This document shows positions 1-9,114 of a stretch of 58,187 nucleotides of DNA, piece by piece. The notes beneath the pieces were generated by a model. The model ran no database searches, was not told the origin of the DNA, and saw only the letters and a program-made list of their open reading frames with translations. Both the position numbers and the translations under genes were made by a program. Position 1 is the first letter of the stretch; each line of letters begins with the position of its first letter. Source of the DNA: Candidatus Woesearchaeota archaeon (GTDB lineage: Archaea; Nanobdellota; Nanobdellia; SCGC-AAA011-G17; JACPNG01); NCBI GenBank assembly GCA_964444465.1, contig CAYUGZ010000003.1:1-58187 (forward strand), written 5' to 3'.

Positions 1-13
1 GAGTTTAATAGTA

Positions 14-238
14 ATGATGTATCATGATTTAGAAGGAGAAGTGTATGCAGATGTATGTGGAATAATAACAAAAGAAGGATATAAGCATCCACCTAATAGG
101 AAAGATAAACAAATATCAGAGGTTATTTATTTATCTAAAAAAGGCTTAAGTGAAAAGATGAGAGGGCAAATTAAAAAATATATTCATAGTAAAAGATTAG
201 TGAATAGATTAGAATCTGTTACAGTTGGTGGAAGATGA
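14..238 (+). CDS. hypothetical small protein
   Basis: 74-codon ORF; TGA stop overlaps next start (ATGA 235-238); no recognisable motif. Confidence 0.3.
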   Translation: MMYHDLEGEVYADVCGIITKEGYKHPPNRKDKQISEVIYLSKKGLSEKMRGQIKKYIHSKRLVNRLESVTVGGR

Positions 239-504
239 AATATAATTTAATGCCTATTGATTTTAAAAAAGTAAAAGAAGGAGATTTAGTAAGATTCACA
301 TACGATCCATCATTATCCGAATCTACTACTGTAGTAGGTTTTGTGACCGATCATAGATTTGATGGATTTTTTTTACAAAAAGGGGACTCTAAAAAACAAA
401 CAATGATTGGTGATAGAAACGATTCAATAAGAGACATATACCTTCATAATAAAATGGATAACTTATGTAAACTAGTCTTAGAAAAAGATCAAAGAATATT
501 CTAA
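235..504 (+). CDS. hypothetical small protein
   Basis: 89-codon ORF coupled to the preceding ORF; no motif recognised. Confidence 0.35.
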   Translation: MKYNLMPIDFKKVKEGDLVRFTYDPSLSESTTVVGFVTDHRFDGFFLQKGDSKKQTMIGDRNDSIRDIYLHNKMDNLCKLVLEKDQRIF

Positions 505-560
505 TATTCATTAATTCTCAAATCATAATATTTATATACAAACTTGAACCATAGACAATT

Positions 561-2066
561 ATGTCTATAAAAGAATTAATAGAAACATTACATCCCTTAG
601 AAAGAAAAGTTATTCCTATATTAAAAGAGGATATAGAATTAAAAGAGATTATAGAAAAAACTAAATTAAAAGATGTAGAAGCAATGAGGGCATTACAATG
701 GCTTCAAAATAAAGATGCTTTAAAGATAAAACAAGAGTTAAAAGAAGTAGTAACTTTAGATAAGAATGGTGAAGAATACATAAAAATAGGATTACCAGAA
801 ACAAGATTCTTAAAATCACTAACAAAAGAATTAAACTTTAATGAAATAAAAGATAAAGCAAAGTTATCAAATGAAGAATTCAATATCTCTTTAGGGTTGT
901 TAAAAAGAACTGATTTAATATCCATAAAAAATTCTAATATAACAATATCAGATAAAGGAAAAAAATCTTTAAAAGAAAATAAAGAAGATTTCTTAAAAAA
1001 ACTCCCATTAGAAACTAAAGATTTAGGTAAATTCAAAAATATTTATAATGAATTAAGATCTAGAAAAGAAATAATAAAAACAGATGTTATTAAATTAAGA
1101 TTTGTAAAATTAACAAGTTTAGGACAAAAATTAACTAAAGAAAAAATAAATAATGATCTAATTGATACATTAACAACTAATATCCTTAAAACTGGTTCTT
1201 GGAAAAATAAAAAATTTAGAAGATATGATATCAAAATTAATGTCCCCCAAATTCATCCTGGAAAAAGACATTTTGTTAACCAAGCTATAGAATATGCGAA
1301 AAGGATATGGTTAGATCTAGGTTTTAAAGAAATGCAAGGATCCAAAACACAATTAGGATTTTGGAATTTCGATGCATTATTCACAGCTCAAGATCATCCA
1401 GTAAGAGATATTCAAGACACTTATTATATCAAAAATTTAGATGGAAAACTTCCTAGTAAAGAACTTGTTGAAAAAATAAAAAAAACTCATGAAGATGGTT
1501 GGAAAACTGGAAGTAGAGGATGGCAGTATAAATGGGATCAAGAAGAAGCTAAGAAAGTTATTTTGAGAACACACACTACTTGTTTAAGTGCACAAACAAT
1601 ATCTAAACTAAAAGAGTCAGATCTTCCAGTTAAATTTTTTTCAATAGGCAAAAGTTTTAGAAATGAAACAATGGATTTTAGCCATGGTTTTGAGCTTAAT
1701 CAATCTGAAGGAATAGTCATAGATCCTAATGCAAATTTTAAACATTTGTTAGGATATTTAAGAGAATTTGCAAATAAGATGGGTTATGAAAAGATAAGAT
1801 TTAGACCAGCTTATTTTCCATATACTGAACCAAGCGTAGAAGGAGATGTTTATGATCCTATAAGAAAAAAATGGATAGAAGTAATTGCAGCTGGAATCTT
1901 CCGTCCAGAAGTAGTCAAACCATTATTAGGAAAAAACATCCCAATATTGGCTTGGGGGAATGGTTTAGATAGGATGGCAATGGGAATGTATGGAATTAAA
2001 GATATAAGAGATTTGTATAAAAATGATTTAAAACAAATAAAAGAAATGAAATTGTGGTTAAAATAA
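561..2066 (+). CDS. pheS: phenylalanine--tRNA ligase alpha subunit (archaeal type)
   Basis: Class II aaRS core motifs (FRNETMDFSHGFELNQSEG, YFPYTEPS, GNGLDRMAM); directly followed by pheT. Confidence 0.9.
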   Translation: MSIKELIETLHPLERKVIPILKEDIELKEIIEKTKLKDVEAMRALQWLQNKDALKIKQELKEVVTLDKNGEEYIKIGLPETRFLKSLTKELNFNEIKDKAKLSNEEFNISLGLLKRTDLISIKNSNITISDKGKKSLKENKEDFLKKLPLETKDLGKFKNIYNELRSRKEIIKTDVIKLRFVKLTSLGQKLTKEKINNDLIDTLTTNILKTGSWKNKKFRRYDIKINVPQIHPGKRHFVNQAIEYAKRIWLDLGFKEMQGSKTQLGFWNFDALFTAQDHPVRDIQDTYYIKNLDGKLPSKELVEKIKKTHEDGWKTGSRGWQYKWDQEEAKKVILRTHTTCLSAQTISKLKESDLPVKFFSIGKSFRNETMDFSHGFELNQSEGIVIDPNANFKHLLGYLREFANKMGYEKIRFRPAYFPYTEPSVEGDVYDPIRKKWIEVIAAGIFRPEVVKPLLGKNIPILAWGNGLDRMAMGMYGIKDIRDLYKNDLKQIKEMKLWLK

Positions 2067-2067
2067 A

Positions 2068-3177
2068 ATGCCAACTATAACTATAAACAAAAAAGAATTT
2101 GAAAAATATGTAGGTAAAAAACTTTCACTAGATAAATTAAAAGATAGAATAAGTTATTTGGGAACAGATTTAGATAAAATAGATAATAATGAGATAGTTG
2201 TAGAAATTTTTCCAGATAGACCTGATATGTTATCTACTCAAGGTTTCTCCAGAGCTTTTTCAAGTTTTATTGGTGTAAAAAAAGGATTAAAAAAATATAA
2301 TGTAAAAAAATCAGATTATAAAGTAGTTATAGAAACATCTGTTAATAAATACAGACCTTATACTGCTTGTGCTATTGTCAAAAATTTAAAATTTAATGAA
2401 GAAAAAATAAAAGAAGTTATTGATATACAAGAAAAGTTACATATAACTTATGGAAGGCATAGAAAAAAAGCAGCAATTGGCATTTATCCATTTGAAAAAA
2501 TAAAGACTCCAATAAGATTCATTGCTGAAGATCCTAAAAAAATTAGATTTATTCCATTGGGTGAGAAAGTAGAGATGTCAGGATCGCAAATATTGACCCA
2601 AACTTCTACAGGTAGAGAATACAAACATTTGTTAGATGAAATGAATAAATTTCCACTTTTTATTGATGCTAATAATGAAGTTTTGAGTATGCCTCCAATC
2701 ATAAATTCTGAGAAAGTAGGTAGTATATCAACTAAAACAAACGATGTTTTTGTGGAATGTAGTGGTTTTGATTTTAATATTCTAAAAAAATGTTTGAATA
2801 TTATTGTTACAGCTTTATCTGATATGGGTGGAGACATTTATTCTATGGAATTAGTTTACGGAAATAAAAAAATAATAAGTCCTAATTTAGAACCAGAAAA
2901 AATCAAATTAGATTTAAAGTATGTTAACAAATTATTAGGACTAAACTTAAAAGATATTAGACAATACTTAGAAAAAATGGGTTATGGATATGTAGATGGT
3001 GAAGTTTTAGTCCCACCTTACAGGGCAGATATAATGCATCAAGTTGATTTAATTGAAGATATAGCTATTGCATATGGTTATGAAAATTTCGAAGAAGAAA
3101 TACCAAACGTTGCAACAGTTGGTGAAGAAAATAGTTTTGAAATATTCAAAAATAAAATAGCTAATCTATTAGTTTGA
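2068..3177 (+). CDS. pheT: phenylalanine--tRNA ligase beta subunit, N-terminal 369 codons ending at an in-frame TGA
   Basis: Archaeal PheT-like B3/4-B5 region (FPDRPDMLS, YGRHRKKAAIG); starts 1 nt after the pheS stop; next ORF continues in the same frame. Confidence 0.8.
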   Translation: MPTITINKKEFEKYVGKKLSLDKLKDRISYLGTDLDKIDNNEIVVEIFPDRPDMLSTQGFSRAFSSFIGVKKGLKKYNVKKSDYKVVIETSVNKYRPYTACAIVKNLKFNEEKIKEVIDIQEKLHITYGRHRKKAAIGIYPFEKIKTPIRFIAEDPKKIRFIPLGEKVEMSGSQILTQTSTGREYKHLLDEMNKFPLFIDANNEVLSMPPIINSEKVGSISTKTNDVFVECSGFDFNILKKCLNIIVTALSDMGGDIYSMELVYGNKKIISPNLEPEKIKLDLKYVNKLLGLNLKDIRQYLEKMGYGYVDGEVLVPPYRADIMHQVDLIEDIAIAYGYENFEEEIPNVATVGEENSFEIFKNKIANLLV

Positions 3178-3237
3178 TTTAATCTAATTGAAACAAATAA
3201 TTATCATCTAACAAATAAAAAAGATTTATGTGAAGAT

Positions 3238-3711
3238 ATGTTAAACAAAACAGATTACATTGAATTAGAAAAAGCATCAAGTTCAGACCATAACATTCTA
3301 AGAACATGGATAATCCCTAGTTTGATGCAAGTAATAAGAAACAACAAACATAATGAATATCCTCAAAATATTTTTGAGATAGGAACTGTATTCAAAAAAG
3401 GTAAAACAGAAACTAATATAGAAGAAAATGATAGAGTGGCTGTTGCTTTATGTAATTCTAAAGCTAATTTTACAGAAATAAAACAGATCTTAGATTCTTT
3501 ATTGGACAATCTAGGATTAAAATATAAAATTGAAAATATTGAACATAATAGTTTTATTCCTGGAAGGGTTGGAAGAGTTTCTATTAATAACAAAAATGTA
3601 GCTTATGTAGGAGAGTTAAATCCTTTAGTGTTAAGTAATTTTGATGTTCAAATGCCAATTTCAGTATTTGAATTGAATTTAACAGAATTATATAAAACTT
3701 TAAATAAATAA
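3238..3711 (+). CDS. pheT: phenylalanine--tRNA ligase beta subunit, C-terminal 157 codons
   Basis: Same frame as 2068-3177; the 20 codons between the TGA and this ATG are stop-free; PheT core-like motifs (LRTWIIPSLMQV, NIFEIGTVF). Confidence 0.75.
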   Translation: MLNKTDYIELEKASSSDHNILRTWIIPSLMQVIRNNKHNEYPQNIFEIGTVFKKGKTETNIEENDRVAVALCNSKANFTEIKQILDSLLDNLGLKYKIENIEHNSFIPGRVGRVSINNKNVAYVGELNPLVLSNFDVQMPISVFELNLTELYKTLNK

Positions 3712-3729
3712 ACTATCTTAAAAGTTAAA

Positions 3730-3978
3730 ATGGTTGAAAGATTCCTTCTTTATTCAGATGATCGCTTTGAAGAAGATAGAAAAATAGAAAAAGTGTTAAG
3801 AGATGAAGGAATCTCTTATCTTAGAGTTCCTGTTTTATGTACACCCCCTATTTTAGAATCACCTAGTGGAGGAATTATATCTGGTGAAGGATATACTCTC
3901 AATCCTAAGGAGTTATATATATTTTTTAAAGGCTATAACCTTAGAACTTCTAATCAAACTTGTATAGCCTCTCCTTAA
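3730..3978 (+). CDS. hypothetical protein
   Basis: 82-codon ORF; 3' end overlaps ogt convergently. Confidence 0.3.
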   Translation: MVERFLLYSDDRFEEDRKIEKVLRDEGISYLRVPVLCTPPILESPSGGIISGEGYTLNPKELYIFFKGYNLRTSNQTCIASP

Positions 3979-4285
3979 AATCAACAATCTTATCATTCTT
4001 TACTTTAACACCTTCTTTTTCTAACATTTCTTTTTTCTTTTTTAAACCTCTAGCAAATCCATGTAAATGACCTTGAGAATTAACAACTCTATGACAAGGA
4101 ACAATTGGAGCGTAAGGATTTTTATTCATAGCTCTTCCTACTGCTCTATAAGCTTTTGAATTAATAGATTCAGCTAATAATTTATATGTTGTTATTTTAC
4201 CTTTAGGAACTTTTTTTAATTTTTTATAGATTTTTTCATTAAAATTCATTTTAATTATTAATCCAACCAAAAATTTGATTTTCAA
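3950..4285 (-). CDS. ogt: methylated-DNA--protein-cysteine methyltransferase (catalytic domain only)
   Basis: Active-site motif IVPCHRVV; likely real start is Met13 (MNFNEKIY, 4249), just after the upstream gene stop. Confidence 0.8.
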   Translation of the reverse strand: MKIKFLVGLIIKMNFNEKIYKKLKKVPKGKITTYKLLAESINSKAYRAVGRAMNKNPYAPIVPCHRVVNSQGHLHGFARGLKKKKEMLEKEGVKVKNDKIVDFKERLYKFD

Positions 4286-4949
4286 GATTTGAACTTAGCA
4301 TTTCTGTTCCATGTTCATCTCCTTCTAATTCAATAAATTCAACATTATTTGATAGTTCACTTAATCTTTTAGAAGATTCAAAAGCATATTTATCCTCTTT
4401 AGAAGAAACAATTAATATTGGCTTACTAAATCTAGAGATCTTATCTAATGTGGTTACTCCCCTATAATCTTCTCCTGGAGATAATAATATTATTGTTTGA
4501 ATATCATCACTTTGAGTGACATAATTCAAAGCTAAATTAGCCCCAATAGAAGCCCCAATAATTGAAATTTTGTTTGCTCCTTTTTCTCTTAAAAAATTGT
4601 TAGCTTCTTCAACATCTAAAGCCATATTAATATAATCATTAGAATTAAAAGATTTAAAATCTAAATCACTTTTACCATGCCCTCTTAAATCAATAGCAAT
4701 TATTTTATAGCCTTGTTGGGTTAATTTTATTGCAAAATCATCCCAAGTCTCTTTATTTTTTGATAATTCATGTAGTAATATTACTCCTTTATTAGAATTA
4801 GAATCAAAATAATTATAAGAAATTTTTACTCCATCTCTTGTAGTTAGTTTATCTAAATTATCAACTTCTTCTAAACCTTGTTGAACTTCTTGATTTAGAT
4901 TAGTACATGATGCAATAAAAACAATAGATAATAAGATCCAATATCTCAT
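4251..4949 (-). CDS. alpha/beta-fold hydrolase, probable lipoprotein
   Basis: N-terminal LSIVFIASC lipobox-like signal; nucleophile elbow GASIG; C-terminal GDEHG. Confidence 0.65.
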   Translation of the reverse strand: MRYWILLSIVFIASCTNLNQEVQQGLEEVDNLDKLTTRDGVKISYNYFDSNSNKGVILLHELSKNKETWDDFAIKLTQQGYKIIAIDLRGHGKSDLDFKSFNSNDYINMALDVEEANNFLREKGANKISIIGASIGANLALNYVTQSDDIQTIILLSPGEDYRGVTTLDKISRFSKPILIVSSKEDKYAFESSKRLSELSNNVEFIELEGDEHGTEMLSSNLENQIFGWINN

Positions 4950-5299
4950 TTTCTTTTCTTTAATTTTTTATTTTTATGATTAAAATTTGCTCCTTTATTT
5001 ACTAATTCAACTATTTTTCTGTTTATAAATTCATGGTGTTCTATATTAGAGCTTATAACAGTTAAAGCAAATAAAAATATTCCAACCCCACTCAATACAA
5101 ATATTATAGTAAATATTTTACTAGTATCATTTGTTGGATGTAAATCTCCATAACCTATAGTTGTTAATGTTATAGTAGAAAAATAAAAAGAGTCCATATA
5201 ATTCCATCCTTCTAACTTATGATAAGAAAATGTTCCTATTAATAAAAAAGTAATGATTAATAAAGATAAAATTAATACTAATTTTCTTCTACTCTCCAT
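4946..5299 (-). CDS. two-TM pore-only potassium channel (KcsA-like)
   Basis: K+ selectivity filter TLTTIGYGD between two hydrophobic helices. Confidence 0.8.
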   Translation of the reverse strand: MESRRKLVLILSLLIITFLLIGTFSYHKLEGWNYMDSFYFSTITLTTIGYGDLHPTNDTSKIFTIIFVLSGVGIFLFALTVISSNIEHHEFINRKIVELVNKGANFNHKNKKLKKRK

Positions 5300-5371
5300 T
5301 AAATATTACATACATTTTAGATTAAAAAAGGTGTTGGAAACTCTTATAAACAATTTAAATTAAAAAAATAA

Positions 5372-5575
5372 ATGGCAAACGAGGAACAAATTGGGTTTCA
5401 TAAAGGTTCTCTAGCAACCCTAGCTAAAGAAAGAGAAGAATTAGCTAGAATGATTAATGTAGTAGAACAATTAATGCAAATGCATCTTAAATCATTAAAA
5501 GATTTAGGCATAGACTTAGAGAAAGAAGCTAAAAAATCCAATAATTCTAAAGATATTGAAGAAAGATTAGGTTAA
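5372..5575 (+). CDS. hypothetical small helical protein
   Basis: 67-codon ORF; no motif. Confidence 0.35.
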   Translation: MANEEQIGFHKGSLATLAKEREELARMINVVEQLMQMHLKSLKDLGIDLEKEAKKSNNSKDIEERLG

Positions 5576-5668
5576 TCTTAACTCTAAAATGAAGAATGGG
5601 CAATGAAAAGATTTATATATAAAAAAGTAGTTATTTTATAATTACAATTATTAAAAGGAGGCAAAAAT

Positions 5669-6112
5669 ATGGAGGATAATAAAACTTTAATTTTAGCAGT
5701 TTTAGCAGTTCTAGCTGTAGGTGGATTAGCATTTGCATTTAATGGAGCTACTGGAGCAGTTGCTAGAAGTGGAGTAAATGAAAGGATGGCAACAATTTGT
5801 GTTTCTTCTGATGTAGACCTAGCTTGTGAAGATGATGCAAAAGTTGGTGTTGGTAAATATATTTATGTAACTGTAGACACAGGAAATGAAGGGACTAGTA
5901 ATATTGTTGGATTTTATGATAAAAATAGCCCTACCTATAAAAGAAGAGCAACCACTAAATTAGATGAAGGATGTGGTGGAACATCATGTAGACCTAACAG
6001 AATAACATATAAAAAGTATAATATCCCAGTTAGTTGGAGTGGAAAATTCTGTGCTAGAGCATTTGATAGGGCTACAGGAAAACAAGTAGAAGATTGCTTC
6101 TTAGTAGGCTAA
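5669..6112 (+). CDS. hypothetical Cys-rich protein with N-terminal membrane anchor or signal
   Basis: AAGGAGG Shine-Dalgarno 8 nt upstream; hydrophobic N-terminus LILAVLAVLAVGGLAFAF; visibly higher G+C than the flanks. Confidence 0.45.
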   Translation: MEDNKTLILAVLAVLAVGGLAFAFNGATGAVARSGVNERMATICVSSDVDLACEDDAKVGVGKYIYVTVDTGNEGTSNIVGFYDKNSPTYKRRATTKLDEGCGGTSCRPNRITYKKYNIPVSWSGKFCARAFDRATGKQVEDCFLVG

Positions 6113-6216
6113 TTCTTTTTTTATTTTTTAATTTATTTAATATACTTTAATTAGTATTATATTGATCTAAAAGATAGGTTTTTAAGTTTTTGTAGATAAT
6201 ATTTTATTAAATACAA

Positions 6217-6369
6217 ATGGAAACTTTCAAAAACCTAGATGAATTAGAAGATAGAATAGATTGGTTCTCTGAAAGATTACATGAAGCATTTAATGACCCA
6301 AAATATGATCAAGAATTAGAAAGATTTTTTAAAATAGACGTAAAACAACAGTTTTTGGGGGAGGATTAG
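6217..6369 (+). CDS. 50-codon ORF, probably the displaced N-terminus of the following RSH HD-domain gene
   Basis: ATG 6217 to TAG 6367-6369; overlaps the open upstream part of the HD ORF frame (-1 relation) across a TTTTTGGGGG run. Confidence 0.35.
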   Translation: METFKNLDELEDRIDWFSERLHEAFNDPKYDQELERFFKIDVKQQFLGED

Positions 6370-6476
6370 AGCAAGAAATTAAATTCTCTATTATTAATAA
6401 TTTAGATAAAGTTGATCTTATAAAAATTGGTTTAGGGAAAAAGAAAATAAAGAAATTTCTTAAATTTGGATATGCC

Positions 6477-7739
6477 ATGGCAAGATTTAGCCATGAAGGA
6501 CAACTAAGAAAATCAGGAAATCCATTTATAGAACACCCAGAAGAAGTAGGAGAAGATACTGCCAAATATGAAGTAAGTTTTACAACTGTTGCTGGAGCCT
6601 TAGTACATGATGGACCAGAACGTAAAACGAAAGAAGAAAGTGAAAGAAGAGGTAGAAAACTTACAGATATAGAAGAAGCAGCAATTTTTTACTCTTATGG
6701 TTTAGAGTTTTATAATTTCATTAGATTAGATAATGAGTTTTCTTTTGAAAATAAACAAAAACTTTATCGTGTTACTCATATGTTAATGCATGTTCTTGAT
6801 GGTGTAACAGATAGGGATAAAACAAATGATATTGATTATATGAAAGATGGAGTATTTTACAGACTCTACTCTTCATTAAATGAAAATAGTCTTTTGAATA
6901 TTGATCCAAATGAAATAGTAGAATCATTAGACAAATTTCATGATGTAGAGAATAATAATCAATTAGTAGAAAATTATAGGAAAGATGTACATTTAATTGA
7001 ATTAAATGAAGATGATAGAGAGAAAGTATCTAGAATAATTAGAAATATAAAGATTCCAGATAGGATACATAACACAGAAACTATGAGGCTTCTTTCTATG
7101 GAATTTGGGTTAGGTGAAATCTTCAAAGATTTCGTATATATTCATGAGATTGGTTTGGCACAGCAAAGAACTGAAAATGAAATATTTTTTGAAAGAACAA
7201 TGAATCAAGGTGCTGAACTAAGAGCTAGAAGTTCAGAAGAGATTGATTATAATATTTCTTCATTAATACCAATAATTGGAAAAGATTGGATAGAATTTAT
7301 TCATCATTGTTTTAATAGATATGGAGAAATGAAGATATTTACTAGTCCTAATACAAAAGAAAATATAAATTTCGTATTTGAAGAATTTAAGAAAGCTAAA
7401 GAATTAAATAGAAGAGTAGGGGTGCCCATAGAATTACCTGAAGATTATTATAGATATGGAAACACTTTTGATGGATTTCTAATAAGACAACTAGAAGCTC
7501 TTATTAATGGAAATGGAAATCCTTATGAAAATTTTGAAGGTAATAACTTAGAACTTAAAAGATTTATGTATTCAGACTTTTTTTTAATTGGACATAATAT
7601 CCAGTTATTAGGAGTAGAGCAGAAAGTAATGGGCAAACAACAAAATATAAATGAATTTGGATTAGACTCTCTTCATCGTTATCCTACATTAAAAAGAATA
7701 TATTCTAATCAAAAACAACCTGAAAAACCCTTTTTTTAA
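6477..7739 (+). CDS. RelA/SpoT-homologue HD (alarmone hydrolase-like) domain protein with an unknown ~200-aa C-terminal region
   Basis: Ordered RSH HD motifs HEGQLRKSGNPFIEHP, AGALVHDGPE, VLDGVTD, IKIPDRIHNTETM. Confidence 0.7.
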   Translation: MARFSHEGQLRKSGNPFIEHPEEVGEDTAKYEVSFTTVAGALVHDGPERKTKEESERRGRKLTDIEEAAIFYSYGLEFYNFIRLDNEFSFENKQKLYRVTHMLMHVLDGVTDRDKTNDIDYMKDGVFYRLYSSLNENSLLNIDPNEIVESLDKFHDVENNNQLVENYRKDVHLIELNEDDREKVSRIIRNIKIPDRIHNTETMRLLSMEFGLGEIFKDFVYIHEIGLAQQRTENEIFFERTMNQGAELRARSSEEIDYNISSLIPIIGKDWIEFIHHCFNRYGEMKIFTSPNTKENINFVFEEFKKAKELNRRVGVPIELPEDYYRYGNTFDGFLIRQLEALINGNGNPYENFEGNNLELKRFMYSDFFLIGHNIQLLGVEQKVMGKQQNINEFGLDSLHRYPTLKRIYSNQKQPEKPFF

Positions 7740-8900
7740 ATGGCAAAAAAGAAAGAACCAAATTTGATGGGTAATTATTTTGATAAAAGTAGTGCAACTT
7801 TTCAAATTATTGAACAGATGAGACGGGAAATGTTAACAGGAAAAAGAGTAAAAATTTTAGAAAACATGATAGAAAAAGCTAAAGTTGAGGTGCATTCAAA
7901 AAGAAGAGAGATCGATGAATCGACTTATGGCTTCGCATATGATCTAAATAATAAAATATTTGGAGGATTTACTGAGAGAAGAGTTACAATGCTCATTAGT
8001 GGAGTTTTCAGTGGTGATAAAGAAGGGTTAAAACATTCTGGTAAAGACCTTCCTTGTATCATCCCTATTGATTTAGGAACGAATCCTCATCCACTCTTTA
8101 AAGGTCCAGAGAAGTACCCTACAATTGATACAAAAGTTACTCATGAATCTACCCTCAAATTTCTTGAAGAAAATAGAAAATTTTTAAGACAAGAAGGGAT
8201 AGGTTCATTTGCTATAGACTCTTCTAAATTCTTTTATTTTGACGAAAGGGAAATTTCAAGAAGATTTAATAAAAAAAGAGGGGAGATTGATATGAGAAAT
8301 CTTATTCCTGTAATAAATGAACTTCCACCTTACTTATTTATAGATGGAATGTTTGTAAGAACAGAAAAACTAATTCCTTCAGCTAGATCTTATGAAGAAA
8401 AAGCTGTAGGATTTGTAAGTTATAGACTTAAACAATCTGAAACACAAAAATTAGTTCATAAATTAACATTTCCAGAGGGAAGGATAGATGAAAAAGAAAG
8501 ATTAAGTGATTGGGTGGCCCATAGGATTGTGTTTGAGACAGAAGAGGAATTAGAAAGAGCAGAAGAATTCTTTAAAGAAAATCCAACAATTGGTGATTCT
8601 ACAATAACGTATAGGTATACAAAAGATTACTATATGAAACCTAAAATTAATTTGTTTAGAAGTAAAAATGTTGTTGTTGAAGCAAGAACTAAAGGGTATA
8701 AACCTTGTGTTAAAGAAGTTCAATTAATGCATTTCCCTCAATTTCGTTATAACTATCTAGATCCAAATAGTCCTGCAAGACATAAACAACAAAAAAATCT
8801 GAGAAAACATATAAGTAGGAAAAAAAGAGAATCATCAATAATTCATGAAGGAATTCTTCAAAGAATATTTGAAAAAGATAGAATTTTTATTCAAATTTAA
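7740..8900 (+). CDS. RelA/SpoT-like nucleotidyltransferase (small-alarmone-synthetase-like) domain protein with an unknown ~210-aa N-terminal region
   Basis: Ordered synthetase-fold motifs YRLKQSETQK, SDWVAHRIVF, TKDYYMKPK, KEVQLMH...ARHKQQK; ATG directly follows the TAA of the HD ORF, in the same frame. Confidence 0.6.
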   Translation: MAKKKEPNLMGNYFDKSSATFQIIEQMRREMLTGKRVKILENMIEKAKVEVHSKRREIDESTYGFAYDLNNKIFGGFTERRVTMLISGVFSGDKEGLKHSGKDLPCIIPIDLGTNPHPLFKGPEKYPTIDTKVTHESTLKFLEENRKFLRQEGIGSFAIDSSKFFYFDEREISRRFNKKRGEIDMRNLIPVINELPPYLFIDGMFVRTEKLIPSARSYEEKAVGFVSYRLKQSETQKLVHKLTFPEGRIDEKERLSDWVAHRIVFETEEELERAEEFFKENPTIGDSTITYRYTKDYYMKPKINLFRSKNVVVEARTKGYKPCVKEVQLMHFPQFRYNYLDPNSPARHKQQKNLRKHISRKKRESSIIHEGILQRIFEKDRIFIQI

Positions 8901-9114
8901 TGGTACGCCTGGACTGAACATTCGACATGTTGTGGAGCGCCGAGGGTTATTAATATCAATTCATCTTTCAGACTTTGCATCTTTAATAAACCACTGTATA
9001 TTAAATCAAATGTACTAATCTCCAACACTTTTAAGGATGATAGCCTTCATCGCCAAAATCTATAGGTGGAAATAAGTCTATAACATCTCTACGAATTTCT
9101 TCTCCATCTTCTCT

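Noticed and set aside
3175-3177. Genome-wide reassignment of UGA (to Gly or Trp) as the explanation for the in-frame TGAs
   Set aside because: TGA ends grpE (33584-33586), the grpE-dnaK spacer ORF and ORF 14-238 in ATGA start/stop overlaps typical of real stops. It also ends 36472-37044, 52880-54124 and 54448-54735. Trp is encoded by TGG throughout, and large genes contain no other TGA. Local read-through or mutation remains possible.
8901-8950. G+C-rich stretch after the synthetase-like gene (its minus-strand reading ends in ...GGCGTACCA) as a split-tRNA half or small RNA
   Set aside because: No T-arm (GTTCRANYC with a pairing stem), no acceptor complement and no C/D-box motifs. Only a 5-bp AACAT/ATGTT hairpin is present.
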